Source: Octopus bimaculoides
Taxonomy: Eukaryota
Direction of reading: 5' to 3'
DNA length: 42,300 nucleotides
NCBI RefSeq assembly: GCF_001194135.2
Contig: NC_068983.1
Span: 139,807,622 to 139,849,921, forward strand
Below, piece by piece: positions 23,842 to 36,264 of the stretch. A program made the translations under genes and the position numbers. The notes beneath the pieces are model-generated. The model was given only the letters and a program-made list of their open reading frames with translations, did not search any database and had not been told where the DNA came from. Position 1 is the stretch's first letter. Every line of letters starts with the position of its first letter.

Positions 23842-23968
23842 ATTGACACACGAACACTCGAAAATGTTCTTATTGGAGCTTCCGGTACGAATGCCAAGCA
23901 GTACAAAACGTCATTTCCAAATTTCAGGCAGACGGAATTGCGTCATTGTGCTGTTATTGTCACAGACG
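23842..23968 (+). CDS. Candidate coding exon, unknown host gene
   Basis: Strong acceptor tcttttccttttcacag; 127 nt open in phase 0: IDTRTLENVLIGASGTNAKQYKTSFPNFRQTELRHCAVIVTD(G). GC is above the local background. The donor gtact lies just before a gap, so the 3' end is uncertain. Confidence 0.45.
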
Positions 23969-26238
23969 GTACTNNNNNNNNNNNNNNNNNNNNNNNNNNN
24001 NNNNNNNNNNNNNNNNNNNNNNNNNNNNNNNNNNNNNNNNNNNNNNNNNNNNNNNNNNNNNNNNNNNNNNNNNNNNNNNNNNNNNNNNNNNNNNNNNNNN
24101 NNNNNNNNNNNNNNNNNNNNNNNNNNNNNNNNNNNNNNNNNNNNNNNNNNNNNNNNNNNNNNNNNNNNNNNNNNNNNNNNNNNNNNNNNNNNNNNNNNNN
24201 NNNNNNNNNNNNNNNNNNNNNNNNNNNNNNNNNNNNNNNNNNNNNNNNNNNNNNNNNNNNNNNNNNNNNNNNNNNNNNNNNNNNNNNNNNNNNNNNNNNN
24301 NNNNNNNNNNNNNNNNNNNNNNNNNNNNNNNNNNNNNNNNNNNNNNNNNNNNNNNNNNNNNNNNNNNNNNTGTGTGTGTGTGAAGATGTACGTACATCTA
24401 AACACAAATGCAAATAACAATTATTTCGTTCCTAACATTATATTGATCACGATATAACAGAAACTTTAATATGGATAGATATTCTCTAAGACAATAAGAT
24501 TATCAATGTTCCTTTTACATAATATTAAAAAAAAGACATGAATTGATTCGTACAGCGTTTGCTGTTCTTTTATAAATCGTGAGAATGCTCACTTCAATTC
24601 TATCTTGACTATTTTCTTTTTTTTTTTTCGAAATCCTGTATATACTACCATAAACAATCATGTTCTAGATTCCTTTATGAACTTGGAAATATGTGATGCA
24701 ACGTAGATAAGAAAAAGTGGCAAGGTGAATTGCTTTAAAATAAGTATCGTCGAAAAGCGTGATGTCGCTGCAACAGTGTGATTTGAAGAATAAAGTGTCA
24801 AAATAACCACATATATTCTAGCCTAAACTTCATGTGGGGTATTACATTATGAAAATGCAAATATTGTATGAAAATTGCTTAAAAACAATAAAAAAAACTA
24901 ATAAAGCTATATACCAAATGATTTTACTTAAATAAGCTAAAACACGAAAAACATAATCATAACTACTTTATTCATTAATTTTCACTAAAATATTTTCTAA
25001 GAGATTCGCGTGATTTACTCGCCATTATTGTCCTCTTGACACTTGTCAAAGTTTAAGCTGAGCTTTGATTGACACTATATTATTTCATTTAAATACGTGA
25101 TCGCATTTGAAAGACACGCCCACATAAAAATGAACACGCACGTGGACTCACACGTACACACAGGTATGTCTGGATATATTTATAGAGAGAGAACGAGAAA
25201 GAGAGGAAGAGATATTGCTACAAAGTTTCAATAATCAATATCCTGAGTTTTATACTACTGGGTAAGTTATGGCAGAAGCGTGACCACACACATATATATA
25301 TATATATANNNNNNNNNNNNNNNNNNNNNNNNNNNNNNNNNNNNNNNNNNNNNNNNNNNNNNNNNNNNNNNNNNNNNNNNNNNNNNNNNNNNNNNNNNNN
25401 NNNNNNNNNNNNNNNNNNNNNNNNNNNNNNNNNNNNNNNNNNNNNNNNNNNNNNNNNNNNNNNNNNNNNNNNNNNNNNNNNNNNNNNNNNNNNNNNNNNN
25501 NNNNNNNNNNNNNNNNNNNNNNNNNNNNNNNNNNNNNNNNNNNNNNNNNNNNNNNNNNNNNNNNNNNNNNNNNNNNNNNNNNNNNNNNNNNNNNNNNNNN
25601 NNNNNNNNNNNNNNNNNNNNNNNNNNNNNNNNNNNNNNNNNNNNNNNNNNNNNNNNNNNNNNNNNNNNNNNNNNNNNNNNNNNNNNNNNNNNNNNNNNNN
25701 NNNNNNNNNNNNNNNNNNNNNNNNNNNNNNNNNNNNNNNNNNNNNNNNNNNNNNNNNNNNNNNNNNNNNNNNNNNNNNNNNNNNNNNNNNNNNNNNNNNN
25801 NNNNNNNNNNNNNNNNNNNNNNNNNNNNNNNNNNNNNNNNNNNNNNNNNNNNNNNNNNNNNNNNNNNNNNNNNNNNNNNNNNNTATAGATAGATAAATAG
25901 ATAGATATATAGATATATCCAGGCCTATTCCTCATTTTTTTAGGAGGGAATACCCACAACACGAGACACACAGCAGGCATTCTTTCATTTCCCAGCTCAA
26001 AGAGGCGAGCTTGGTCCTATGCTCGTGTCGAGGCATAGAACACAAATATATACCATTTACATACCTGTCTCCATTCATTATATGTTCTTTGAAGGAATGT
26101 TGAGAATTGCGATACTATTCTATTCACTGCCATATGCGATTTGAATTTTATTCAAACAAGATCTGTGACTTTAGCTTAGTATCGCTTGATCGTTGAATAT
26201 GAAATTCATTCGTTTGTTATTACTGAAATTTGCCACAG

Positions 26239-26258
26239 GATATGTATATTGCCGCAAG
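26239..26258 (+). CDS. Candidate 20-nt micro-exon
   Basis: aatttgccacag|GATATGTATATTGCCGCAAG|gtatgt; phase 1 to 0, reading (G)YVYCRK. Confidence 0.25.
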
Positions 26259-27154
26259 GTATGTAGAAGTAGTGAAGCTAGATCACACTGCATTGAAGAC
26301 TTATCATGTTTTCTTGCTAGAATATTACTTCAACATTTTCTAGTATTGGCATCTAAGTTGAATAAAATGATAAAGAATTCAAACAAAAAAAATATTTTAT
26401 GTCAGCAGCTACTATCGTGATTTAGTTAGGATTACATTCTTTTTCATCTTATAATTATATCTTTACAAGTTAGTGAGGATGTATATACCTGCTTCTATAT
26501 ATATTTCATTAAAAGGCATTAGAAGCTTCAGAAATTCAGAATTAATAAATTAATCCGTATGATTAAGATTGCTATGAACATCTGAGCAGAAATGTTCATT
26601 AAAACACAAGTATAGTTTCGCTATGACATTTGTCCATATAATTCCTGAAGCGAATTATCTACTTAGATATAAAAGAACATCTCAAAAGAAAACAGAATGT
26701 TCAGAGAAAATTATGAATCAGTAATGTTAGCATTCTTAGGATGGCTAATTATCTGGTTTACAATATAATTCATCGTTTCACTTTATGTTTTTCGACACTT
26801 TTTCTATACAGAAATTGTCTGTATATACGTCATTAGGAAAAATCTGCAGAAGAAAATTATATTCATAAGAAATACGGGCGCTTTAATCCTTATAACACAA
26901 TATATGATAAATAGTAAGTTATCAACGTATCACTAGGGAAAGCCAAATCAAGCGTTTATTTCTTGCCGGATTTAGTTTCTTGAAGTGAAAGAGAAGATAA
27001 TTACCTATCAGCACAAATGACAGTAAGAACCAGCGAAATCTAAAGTAAAATTTGAATTATTTGTGATTTTCCATATTCCTACCGAATACAAGAAAACGCC
27101 ATTTGTATGTATGTACATGACGGATTGTGCACTATACGTAGATGGACACACACG

Positions 27155-27188
<34 letters not shown>

Positions 27189-27639
27189 TACACACACGCT
27201 CACATAAGAATGGAAAATTCTACATCTTTAAAATTTATAACATTTTTATTTCCAATAAATTCAGATTAGAATTTAATCCGACACGTGTTTCTACTGCATA
27301 AAGTGTTTAGAGTGTCGCTAGTGACGCGATATTCAAGAATTATGAAAGGTACTAAAATAATGCTCTAGTTTAAACTAGGTATAAAGATAAAATAATTTAT
27401 ATCCTTAAAAAAAGATATCAAAGAACATATGTATAAAGTTCATGCTATGAATCAATACGACATAGGTAATAAACAAATAAAATGTAATACAAAGAACATG
27501 AAAAGGATGATGTGATTTCTATTCCCCACACCAAAAATCGCAATGAAAATAACCACTGAGAGAATAACGATATAATATTAAGTAAAACTCACAATAAGCG
27601 TAGCAATATCTCTTTGAAGGAAACATAGGTATAAATATG

Positions 27640-28570
27640 GGGGCTATTAAAAAGAAAACAAAACAAAACAGTGATCACTCTCTAAAAAAAATTCTAGATC
27701 TAGAAATATGTTATAGCACAATGCAGTCTTGAGAATCCACATTGCCACAATCATGCCTGCAATTTTTTTCTTTTCTTTTAGCTGCACTAGATAAGAACTT
27801 TCTACCATCTCATCAAGCAATTTCAATTGGCACAAGATTAGGTTCGCCTTTTCCACAGTTAGAACCCTAACCCAGTACAAAGTGTTAGGAAGATTAAAGA
27901 ATTTACTAATCGGAACCAAGTAACTTTGGTTAATAGGACAAATACTAACTGTAAACATATGATTGGCGGTAATAATAAATATAAGGATATAGTAGAATAT
28001 ATTATAAATGATGCTAGCGGGATAAAACGTGCCCGATACTGAAAATAATAGAGGGCTTAAAGAAGATAGTGGAATTGGGATAACTGGGCCAAAATCACAC
28101 CGAAGTGAAGGATATAATACGACACCTAATTTAAGCAATAGCGTAACTAATAATACTCTTAGGATAATATCTAATAATAGTGAAGAGGTACCTAATAATT
28201 CTGCTAGTAGCCACCATAGGTTTAGTAATAATAAGTTTCATTGTAACAGCGTGAAAAAATTATGTCGGCTTGCAAAACAATGCTTGAAAAAAAGAACAGA
28301 GTTTATAAATGCACAGTAAAAGCTGATGGAATTCCACATCATTGCAAAAAGTCATGTTCTACGGATTTTAAGTAGAGATGCGGAACCAACTGTCATCTTT
28401 CAAAATAGGGAAAATGGATTTGTACATACTTCAGTGGGTATATCTGAACTTTAACGGATAAGAATGCAAATATGATATTAAAAGGGCAATAATTAGTAGA
28501 TCTTCACCATCTACTTATTGAGAACTATAAGTGTAATTTCTGCTTGGAAGAAATACTGCACATCTTACCT
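27640..28570 (+). mobile_element. Penelope-like element C-terminal remnant with GIY-YIG domain (lineage 2)
   Basis: Motifs in order across frameshifts: RNML*HN (RNIIWFN), FLLAALDKNFLPSH, FNWHKIRFAFST, FHCNSVKKLCRLAKQCLKK, RVYKCTVKADG...SCSTDFK*R, SSFK, FSGYI*TLTDKNA, YDIKRAIISRSSP, KCNFCLEEILHI. This is the C..CP...C ...Y...FK.R..H..SF ...LS.YIW.LK ...C.LCL.EK architecture of PLEs. Confidence 0.85.
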
Positions 28571-28602
28571 TTAATTGCAAGCTAAATATCCTTTTCTTCT
28601 CT

Positions 28603-28778
28603 AGGCACAAGGCACAACATTTTGGGAGAGGGAGCCAGTCGATTAGATCGACCGCAGTACGCAGCTGGTATTTAATTTATCGACCCTGAAAGGATGAATG
28701 ACAAAGTCGACTTCGGCGGAATTTGAACTCAGAACGTAGTGGTAGACGAAATACCGCTAAGCATTTCGCCCGGCGTGC
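28603..28778 (-). mobile_element. tRNA-SINE-like repeat, family B
   Basis: Reverse complement contains gttctgagttcaaattccgccgaagtcgactttgtcattcatcctttcagggtcgataaatt (B-box GAGTTCAAATTCC). Homologous to 30257-30420 and 16511-16702. Confidence 0.9.
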
Positions 28779-29479
28779 GAAATGGATAAAGTTGGAAATT
28801 CTACGTTTATCCTGTAAAATGTTTATATAGAGAAATTGAATGATTAAGACCCATGCACTTTCCTCAGCATACAGCCAGAATAAAAAAAAAGTATATATAA
28901 TATTTCAGTACTAAATCCATTATGTCTCCATCATAGCAACCTTATCAGATACAATTCTTCAATACCATATGCATAGCCACTTCATTGTTATTATCTACAT
29001 TCGAATTTATAAGCTGTGTTTATCTGGCAGTTTTCATCATTGATAATTATAAAAAAAAGCATAGTACGATACCATATCTAGAGCCAGTCATTTGCCAATT
29101 ATATCAACGAACTCCAGTGATTAATTCTTTATTAATTTATCATACAGACATCAATCAAAAAGTCAGCTCAATAAGTAATTGCAATGATACTTTCCTTTTT
29201 ATGAACTAGGGAATAATTTGACTGCACTTATGAGAACTTTTGCTGCAATCTTCATCGGTCAATTATATTTTATTCACTAGCTAACGTGAAAGAATATTTA
29301 TCAAAATGGAGTCGACATTGGTTGCAGATGTCTTGCCTCACAGTTAAAATAATTTCAGTCCTGCTGTGATGATTAGAGTGAAACATTTACGTATGGTAAC
29401 TAAGAATGATTAAAAACAGTCCACAATACCTTGTCCACTTTATCTATTTGATTATTTATTATTGTTGGTTCTGATGTTG

Positions 29480-29535
29480 CTCTTGTTGTTATTATTATTG
29501 CTGTTGTTGTTGTTGTTATTATTATTGTTTTGTTG

Positions 29536-29587
<52 letters not shown>
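29480..29587. repeat. (TTG)n/(TTA)n microsatellite
   Basis: Directly visible. Confidence 0.95.
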
Positions 29588-29588
29588 T

Positions 29589-30022
29589 GTGTGAGAGAGC
29601 AGTTCATACCATCAAAGTGACACTGGGGTAAAATATACGAAGCCAAGTACACCCATCATGACTACTCCTCTCGTAAGGGTACATCAGGCACATGAATTAC
29701 GACCATATGTGCGCGACATGGTAATCTAATACCAAGACAAACAGCGCATGAGCTTGCAGGTACGGTCCAGTTAGAATTTGCTTCAGGTCGAGTAGCCCAT
29801 CCCGTTCAAAAGTTCCTTCAATAAGGATTATTTAAGGATGATAAAAAAAACCACCCATGTTTTCAGAGGCGAATTGTTCAAACTCCTAAGAATTCATCTC
29901 AACACATAGTCAAGAATGCTCCCTCAGAGATGCAAATATCGTCAGCCACCAAGGGACATGCTCAACTGGTTAAGGTCAAACAACTGACAAGCAAATCTGT
30001 GGTATTGAGCAGAATATTTGCT
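29589..30022. mobile_element. About 430-bp non-coding interspersed repeat bounded by triplet arrays
   Basis: GC-richer island (gtgagagagcagttcataccatcaaagtgacactggggtaaaatatacgaagcc...) between (TTA)n and (CTA)n tracts. I recall this as a common octopus repeat; there is a single copy here and the family was not verified. Confidence 0.55.
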
Positions 30023-30056
30023 TCAACCCATCAGAAGCCATGGGGGTCAATGCCTG

Positions 30057-30110
30057 CTGCTACTACTACTACTACTGCTATTACTACTACTACTACTACT
30101 ACTACTACTG

Positions 30111-30146
<36 letters not shown>

Positions 30147-30184
30147 GTGGTGCTGCTGCTGGTGCTGGTGCTACTGCTGTTGCA

Positions 30185-30245
<61 letters not shown>

Positions 30246-30256
30246 GTACTACTACT
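30057..30256. repeat. Compound triplet array (CTA)n-(CTG)n-(CTA)n
   Basis: Directly visible; it produces the poly-T/A, poly-L, poly-Y/C and poly-S ORFs in the track. Confidence 0.95.
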
Positions 30257-30420
30257 GCGTTCTGAGTTCAAATTCCGCCGGTGTCGATTTTGGCTTTCAT
30301 CCTTTCGGTGTCGATAAGTACCAGTTGAATACTGGGTCGCAGGAATCGACCCCCCCCCACCACCACCACCGCTCCAAAAAAATGTCAGACCGAGTGCCTA
30401 TAGTAGAAAAAATTATTACC
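30257..30420 (+). mobile_element. tRNA-SINE-like repeat, family B (5'-truncated)
   Basis: gcgttctgagttcaaattccgccggtgtcgattttggctttcatcctttcggtgtcgataagtaccag matches the reverse complement of 28640-28740. Confidence 0.9.
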
Positions 30421-30849
30421 ATCATTATTATTTGGTTTAAAAATTCATTCAGTAATTGATAATTTGATTTTATTAAGATAAACCTGTAGCGAAGATGAAT
30501 TATAATTATTCTTAAGTTCTAGTTACCAATATGATTCACAACTATATGGCATTCACTTGAAACTATTCTATGTATATAAATTTTGAGAGATATTAGTATT
30601 ACTTAATAATACATACAACAATATCGAATACAAGATATACATTTCCTGCCCTTCGGATTGCTCGTGACTTTAATATAGTGTACGCCGAAAGGGAGACTGC
30701 GATACCCAATTGGAACTTGGTAAAAAGCTTGTTCGTGCCAAAGACGGGCATACAATATTTTGTCAGTCCATCCGTTATTTTCTTCGAATTTAGAGTTTAA
30801 TGTATTTTAGAGAATGAAGGGAAGTAGTATCGATGAACCCCAGTGCATC

Positions 30850-31200
30850 CGTTCAGAAAACTTTATTTGGACGTTCGTAAGCTATCAGATGATTTCACAT
30901 CCGATCAAATATCATAAGGAGTGGTACTGCCAATAACTATCAATTTGCAATTATTCTCCTTCGACGTAATCCCCTTTTGAAGCCTCAGACTTTATCCAGC
31001 GTCGTCTCCATTCACGGAAGCATTCCTGGAACTTCTTTCTGGGGATAAAAAGCAGCAGCCTCATTGCATTGTCTTGGAATTTGATCGACATTTTGAAATC
31101 GTGTTCCTTCCCAGTAGAATTTGACTTTTGGAAAAAGAAAAAAAAAAAAAAGGTGCGGAGTCATTACCACGTCTTTGGAAAAATCAGATTCGCATTCTCT
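30850..31200 (-). mobile_element. Mariner transposase C-terminal remnant with probable right end
   Basis: Minus strand reads FFLFPKVKFYWEGTRFQNVDQI, then IPRKKFQECFREWRRRWIKSEASKGDYVEGE*. This matches the DFFLFPKLK..L.G.RF and W..RW..C....GDYFE motifs of mariner transposases. Confidence 0.85.
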
Positions 31201-32868
31201 GCCCAATTCTCTCCGTCATGGTCACTAATCGGAAATCTGTAATGTGCTGAAACGACACCAGTCTACANNNNNNNNNNNNNNNNNNNNNNNNNNNNNNNNN
31301 NNNNNNNNNNNNNNNNNNNNNNNNNNNNNNNNNNNNNNNNNNNNNNNNNNNNNNNNNNNNNNNNNNNNNNNNNNNNNNNNNNNNNNNNNNNNNNNNNNNN
31401 NNNNNNNNNNNNNNNNNNNNNNNNNNNNNNNNNNNNNNNNNNNNNNNNNNNNNNNNNNNNNNNNNNNNNNNNNNNNNNNNNNNNNNNNNNNNNNNNNNNN
31501 NNNNNNNNNNNNNNNNNNNNNNNNNNNNNNNNNNNNNNNNNNNNNNNNNNNNNNNNNNNNNNNNNNNNNNNNNNNNNNNNNNNNNNNNNNNNNNNNNNNN
31601 NNNNNNNNNNNNNNNNNNNNNNNNNNNNNNNNNNNNNNNNNNNNNNNNNNNNNNNNNNNNNNNNNNNNNNNNNNNNNNNNNNNNNNNNNNNNNNNNNNNN
31701 NNNNNNNNNNNNNNNNNNNNNNNNNNNNNNNNNNNNNNNNNNNNNNNNNNNNNNNNNNNNNNNNNNNNNNNNNNNNNNNNNNNNNNNNNNNNNNNNNNNN
31801 NNNNNNNNNNNNNNNNNNNNNNNNNNNNNNNNNNNNNNNNNNNNNNNNNNNNNNNNNNNNNNNNNNNNNNNNNNNNNNNNNNNNNNNNNNNNNNNNNNNN
31901 NNNNNNNNNNNNNNNNNNNNNNNNNNNNNNNNNNNNNNNNNNNNNNNNNNNNNNNNNNNNNNNNNNNNNNNNNNNNNNNNNNNNNNNNNNNNNNNNNNNN
32001 NNNNNNNNNNNNNNNNNNNNNNNNNNNNNNNNNNNNNNNNNNNNNNNNNNNNNNNNNNNNNNNNNNNNNNNNNNNNNNNNNNNNNNNNNNNNNNNNNNNN
32101 NNNNNNNNNNNNNNNNNNNNNNNNNNNNNNNNNNNNNNNNNNNNNNNNNNNNNNNATATACATACACCAATGTATTTTTATTTGATGCAGGACAAATGCG
32201 TCTTTCATAAAGTTTCAATTGAAACAAATTTTGCTGTTGTCTATTACGTTTAACGTGTTTGAATATTAAGTTAAAAAGACACATCTAATATAATTTAAGT
32301 ACTGACCTGCGAATCACTGAAGTGGGTGTGCTAAAAATTGCTGCTGGATGCTACAATATCTGCGATGTATCTGTTTCCAAGTATAATTCATTGTTCGACA
32401 CACGCAGTAATTATAAACTTTCTCCGCAAATGTCTACACAGATTATGTTACTTTTGAGAGATCTTGTTATGTTACGAAAGCGGCAATATGCACATCTATT
32501 GCTCTTTCATCTTACAAATGTTTTCATATTTGCAATGTTTCAATGCTATGATGTGATATGTTGTCTGCACAAGAAATTTATTGTCTATAATATTCACAAA
32601 CTCGGTGTCTATACTGTTTCTGCAACGCTGATTTGCATGGCCCGATTTCAAAGAACACTCTCCTTGATCGTTGTTACATAAAAACTGGATCATGATTTTT
32701 CTAATGAATCACTGTCAATTTATCGATATTCTAAAGTGAGACATGTCATTATCTCAACAACCAAAGATTCGCAATTTATTTATCTTCCTTTCTAGAGTGT
32801 CTATTATACACTTAGAAGCATTCATTGCCTCACTATTTAAACTACCGTATCCTTTTCCTCCCTTTCAG

Positions 32869-32914
32869 CGTTCTGAAAATTTTAATGATTACATTATCAA
32901 AGGATGTCAACAGC
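32869..32914 (+). CDS. Candidate 46-nt coding exon
   Basis: Very strong acceptor tccttttcctccctttcag; RSENFNDYIIKGCQQ, phase 0 to 1; weak donor c|gtaaaa. Confidence 0.25.
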
Positions 32915-34015
32915 GTAAAATAATTTCCGTAGTTCCAGATTTGAACAGCTTTACTAAATAATAAGTTCTGCCTCTAATGTATTCTACTCAAGGTACTTGT
33001 TCTTATATATCTGATATGTAAAAATTCCAGCCAACGAGGGAGTCACTATTTGGTTACAGTTTTTGTTCTCTAGTCATAAGTCAGACCTAATCATTCCGTC
33101 TGATACTCATTAATATTCAGCTTCTGATTTCACTACTTTCAGTTTGGGTACATTCAGCAATACACTATAGAATTTACTTTATACACTGCGATTGGGTTGC
33201 ATAGCAGGTACATTTAACGACGGCGTAGCGAAACCAGAAAGATTCCTGTCTACGTCGAACGCGTTGCACTGACATCAGTATAATCCAACTAGCGAAGCTC
33301 TGCATTACAGTTCGATCTGCCAGAAATAAAAGCAATATCTGAAAATAACAGTATTCAGTGTTTGAAATGCAGGATACAACGAACAGGTTTCTCAGGAATT
33401 CTTTTTGGATACAAGATGAACGATCACGGTTAATACGGTTTTGATCATAGGTCTGATCAATGAGAGCTACTCTGAAACCGAACAAGAAGAAACGTCGTTA
33501 TTAACACCGAAAATATATTTTTCCTACTCAAAAATATGTTGGGCCTCCTCAAAATCAATCAATAATATAGACACAAAGCAAACTGGAAGCTGCCAAGAAA
33601 ATTTTAAAGCTAAGGAAACATTAACATTGGAGATTAGATACTTTCAATATTGATTATTTTCTTCGCTCCAGAATCAACGAGAATAGTCTCGTGTGTAACT
33701 TACAATTCTGACAAAATTATTCCATTGATACCTTCATATACCTATCATATTACTTAGTTTCAAACGTTCAACTTAAGTTATTAAAATAGATTTACTTTTA
33801 TTTGGAACGGCTGTCTGATTTCCCGAAGTATTCATTTGTGCTGCTATCAATATCAGAATATTATTTAAATGAATATTACAGATTTCCTATCAGTGAATGT
33901 CCAACTGTTATTGGATTTTGGCTAGTGTATAGATATATATGCGTGTGTATAAATGTGCAGGTAAAAATAAATAAATGAGTAAATATATATTTGTTATATT
34001 AGATATATACACATA

Positions 34016-34047
<32 letters not shown>

Positions 34048-34198
34048 CATGAACACACAAACTGTCAGACACACACACACATACACTTAAACATAGACGC
34101 AAGTGCGCTCCCGTATACATGCGCATATAAATTATTTTATGAGTAAGAGAGAGAGAAGATATGAGAATTCCATGTTTTAAACACTGATTACGGCATAC

Positions 34199-34267
34199 CT
34201 GGTATTCAGAGTCATTCACCGCATATCGCTAGGGAGAAGTATGGTCAGAAACCGGCGTTATAAATAG
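34199..34267 (-). other. Candidate non-coding exon (minus strand)
   Basis: Minus-strand acceptor tttacttctctgactgcag and donor CAG|gtatgc flank 69 nt with stops in all three frames. Confidence 0.25.
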
Positions 34268-35053
34268 CTGCAGTCAGAGAAGTAAATCTTTGGTTTAAAT
34301 ATTTAGTACATCATTTTGCAGCAAATGAGCTATATAGAAGACGATTAAAGAAATAGTTACAGACAAGTTAGGTGTCTGAATGTGATATATTTGCGAGTTT
34401 TAGACAGAAATAATGGAAGGAGGATACGCATAAGTTTTATGTGAATTGTATGTCTGTACGACAGTAATTCAGGGAATGGATATAGTTTTAACAGCATCGC
34501 GGGTAATTTTACAGATGTCTGAGCAGGATAATAGTGATATAGATTAAATTTAGTGTATTGTGCATGCAAAAAAGAAATGGCAAAGACGTTAAATACAGAT
34601 GTTCATATTTCCTACACTCATGTAGTGAGGGTGGCTTGTAACAATGTGCTATATGTAATGTTAGTGAATTGATTTTTTTTTTGTTTCAGTTGTCCTATAA
34701 CGCATCATAGACTCATCGAATGAAGCTTTAAAATCTATACTACGGACATAGCTTTGTTGACGGTAAAGCTTAGGTTAATGCCTAAATTTTGTGCCGATCA
34801 TCACTGAAAACTTATTAATGACTCCAATTTCGTCTAAGTAATGAACAAACGATATTTAATGAAAAGATTTATTGGAAATATAATTAACTACTTGATTTAC
34901 AAATATATAAGACTCAGGTTTTTAACGGAAGCTTAACGCACAGGCAGGTTAACAAAATACCAATATTTTGAAAGAATCATCTTACACATACACACACACA
35001 CACATGCACTTGCGCACAAACACACATCATACACCCACATACCCCGAGACACA

Positions 35054-35100
<47 letters not shown>

Positions 35101-35179
35101 AAAAAAGAAAATGAACTAGACCAAAAGTCTAATCGAAGAGTAAACATCAGGAGCTCTTGTAAGCAGATTCTCTTTTCAG

Positions 35180-35280
35180 TGTCTTTAGGAGATATCAGTG
35201 ATGTTTGTGGGACAATATTGCTTTCAATGTCATTAGGATTTGCTAAAACCGATACATATATAACTTCTAATTACAGAATG
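35180..35280 (+). CDS. Candidate 101-nt coding exon
   Basis: Acceptor ttctcttttcag and donor ATG|gtttgt; phase 1 to 0; xSLGDISDVCGTILLSMSLGFAKTDTYITSNYRM. Confidence 0.35.
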
Positions 35281-35656
35281 GTTTGTTATTTATGAACAGC
35301 ATTACACCAATTGTTGAATAGGTTACTTTGAAACATTAGGGAAAGTGACAGGCTCGTTACTTTAACCAAGGAAAGCCAGGGAAATAGTAAGAGTTTCAGA
35401 TTGTACGACAGAATTTACATTGATGTATTAGCTACAACTAATACGAATACTTTTAAGCGTTATAAGGAATATTCAAGTGAAAAGTGAATTTACTTTTTTG
35501 CCTGGATACAATATTATACTCACAAAATTTTGTTTCAATATTATTAATTTGTAGCCAGAAACACTTTGTAATATGTGTTTCAAGTGAACCAACTCCATGA
35601 CGAATGTAATACTAACGATTTCTTAGCCAGCCTAGGAAGTATACATGTAAATATAA

Positions 35657-35693
35657 CACACACACATATACACACACACACGCACACACGCAT

Positions 35694-35790
<97 letters not shown>
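35657..35790. repeat. Long (CA)n microsatellite
   Basis: Directly visible, about 95 bp uninterrupted at the 3' end. Confidence 0.97.
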
Positions 35791-35791
<1 letters not shown>

Positions 35792-35963
35792 TTAGCTAGG
35801 AAGATCTGATATCATCGAGATTTTCGACTATGATCCCTAACACCCTCCTGTTGGTAGGTCAGCAGAGGTGGCCAAATCACTGCTATTCATCTTCTCCTGG
35901 CTTCCAGCTTAACTCCTCTCTCTAGCACCAAAACTAACACGATTTTCCTTCAGCTAACTCCCC

Positions 35964-36041
<78 letters not shown>

Positions 36042-36042
36042 A
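35964..36042. repeat. (CTAT)n microsatellite
   Basis: Directly visible. Confidence 0.97.
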
Positions 36043-36264
36043 TACACATGTTTGCATGCACGAATATATGTATGTCATTATTCTGTTTTATATCACGATT
36101 TCTTGCCAATAGACTAGGAGCTGGTTTTCAGCCCAGATCCAAGGCTCCTACACTGGAATCTAAAGAGCATCAACGTGGTATTTTTACATGTATCTGTAGT
36201 CAGTGCATATGTAGCTTTCTATGTTTTATTTTATGCATGTATTCTGAAGCATATAGTTGCACCT

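Noticed and set aside
27647-28138. 163-aa hydrophobic minus-strand ORF as a membrane protein
   Set aside because: It is the antisense shadow of the Asn/Lys-rich Penelope remnant on the + strand.
23135-28778. SINE heads (families A and B) as genuine tRNA genes
   Set aside because: A/B-box-like motifs are present, but there is no full cloverleaf and each head continues into a shared SINE body.
29930-30317. Poly-Thr/Ala, poly-Leu, poly-Tyr/Cys and poly-Ser ORFs
   Set aside because: All are readings of the same triplet microsatellite, embedded between interspersed repeats.
32322-32681. 119-aa + strand ORF, and the 103-aa minus ORF at 33174-33485
   Set aside because: Non-ATG starts, no recognisable motifs and no matching splice structure; within chance length for AT-rich DNA.
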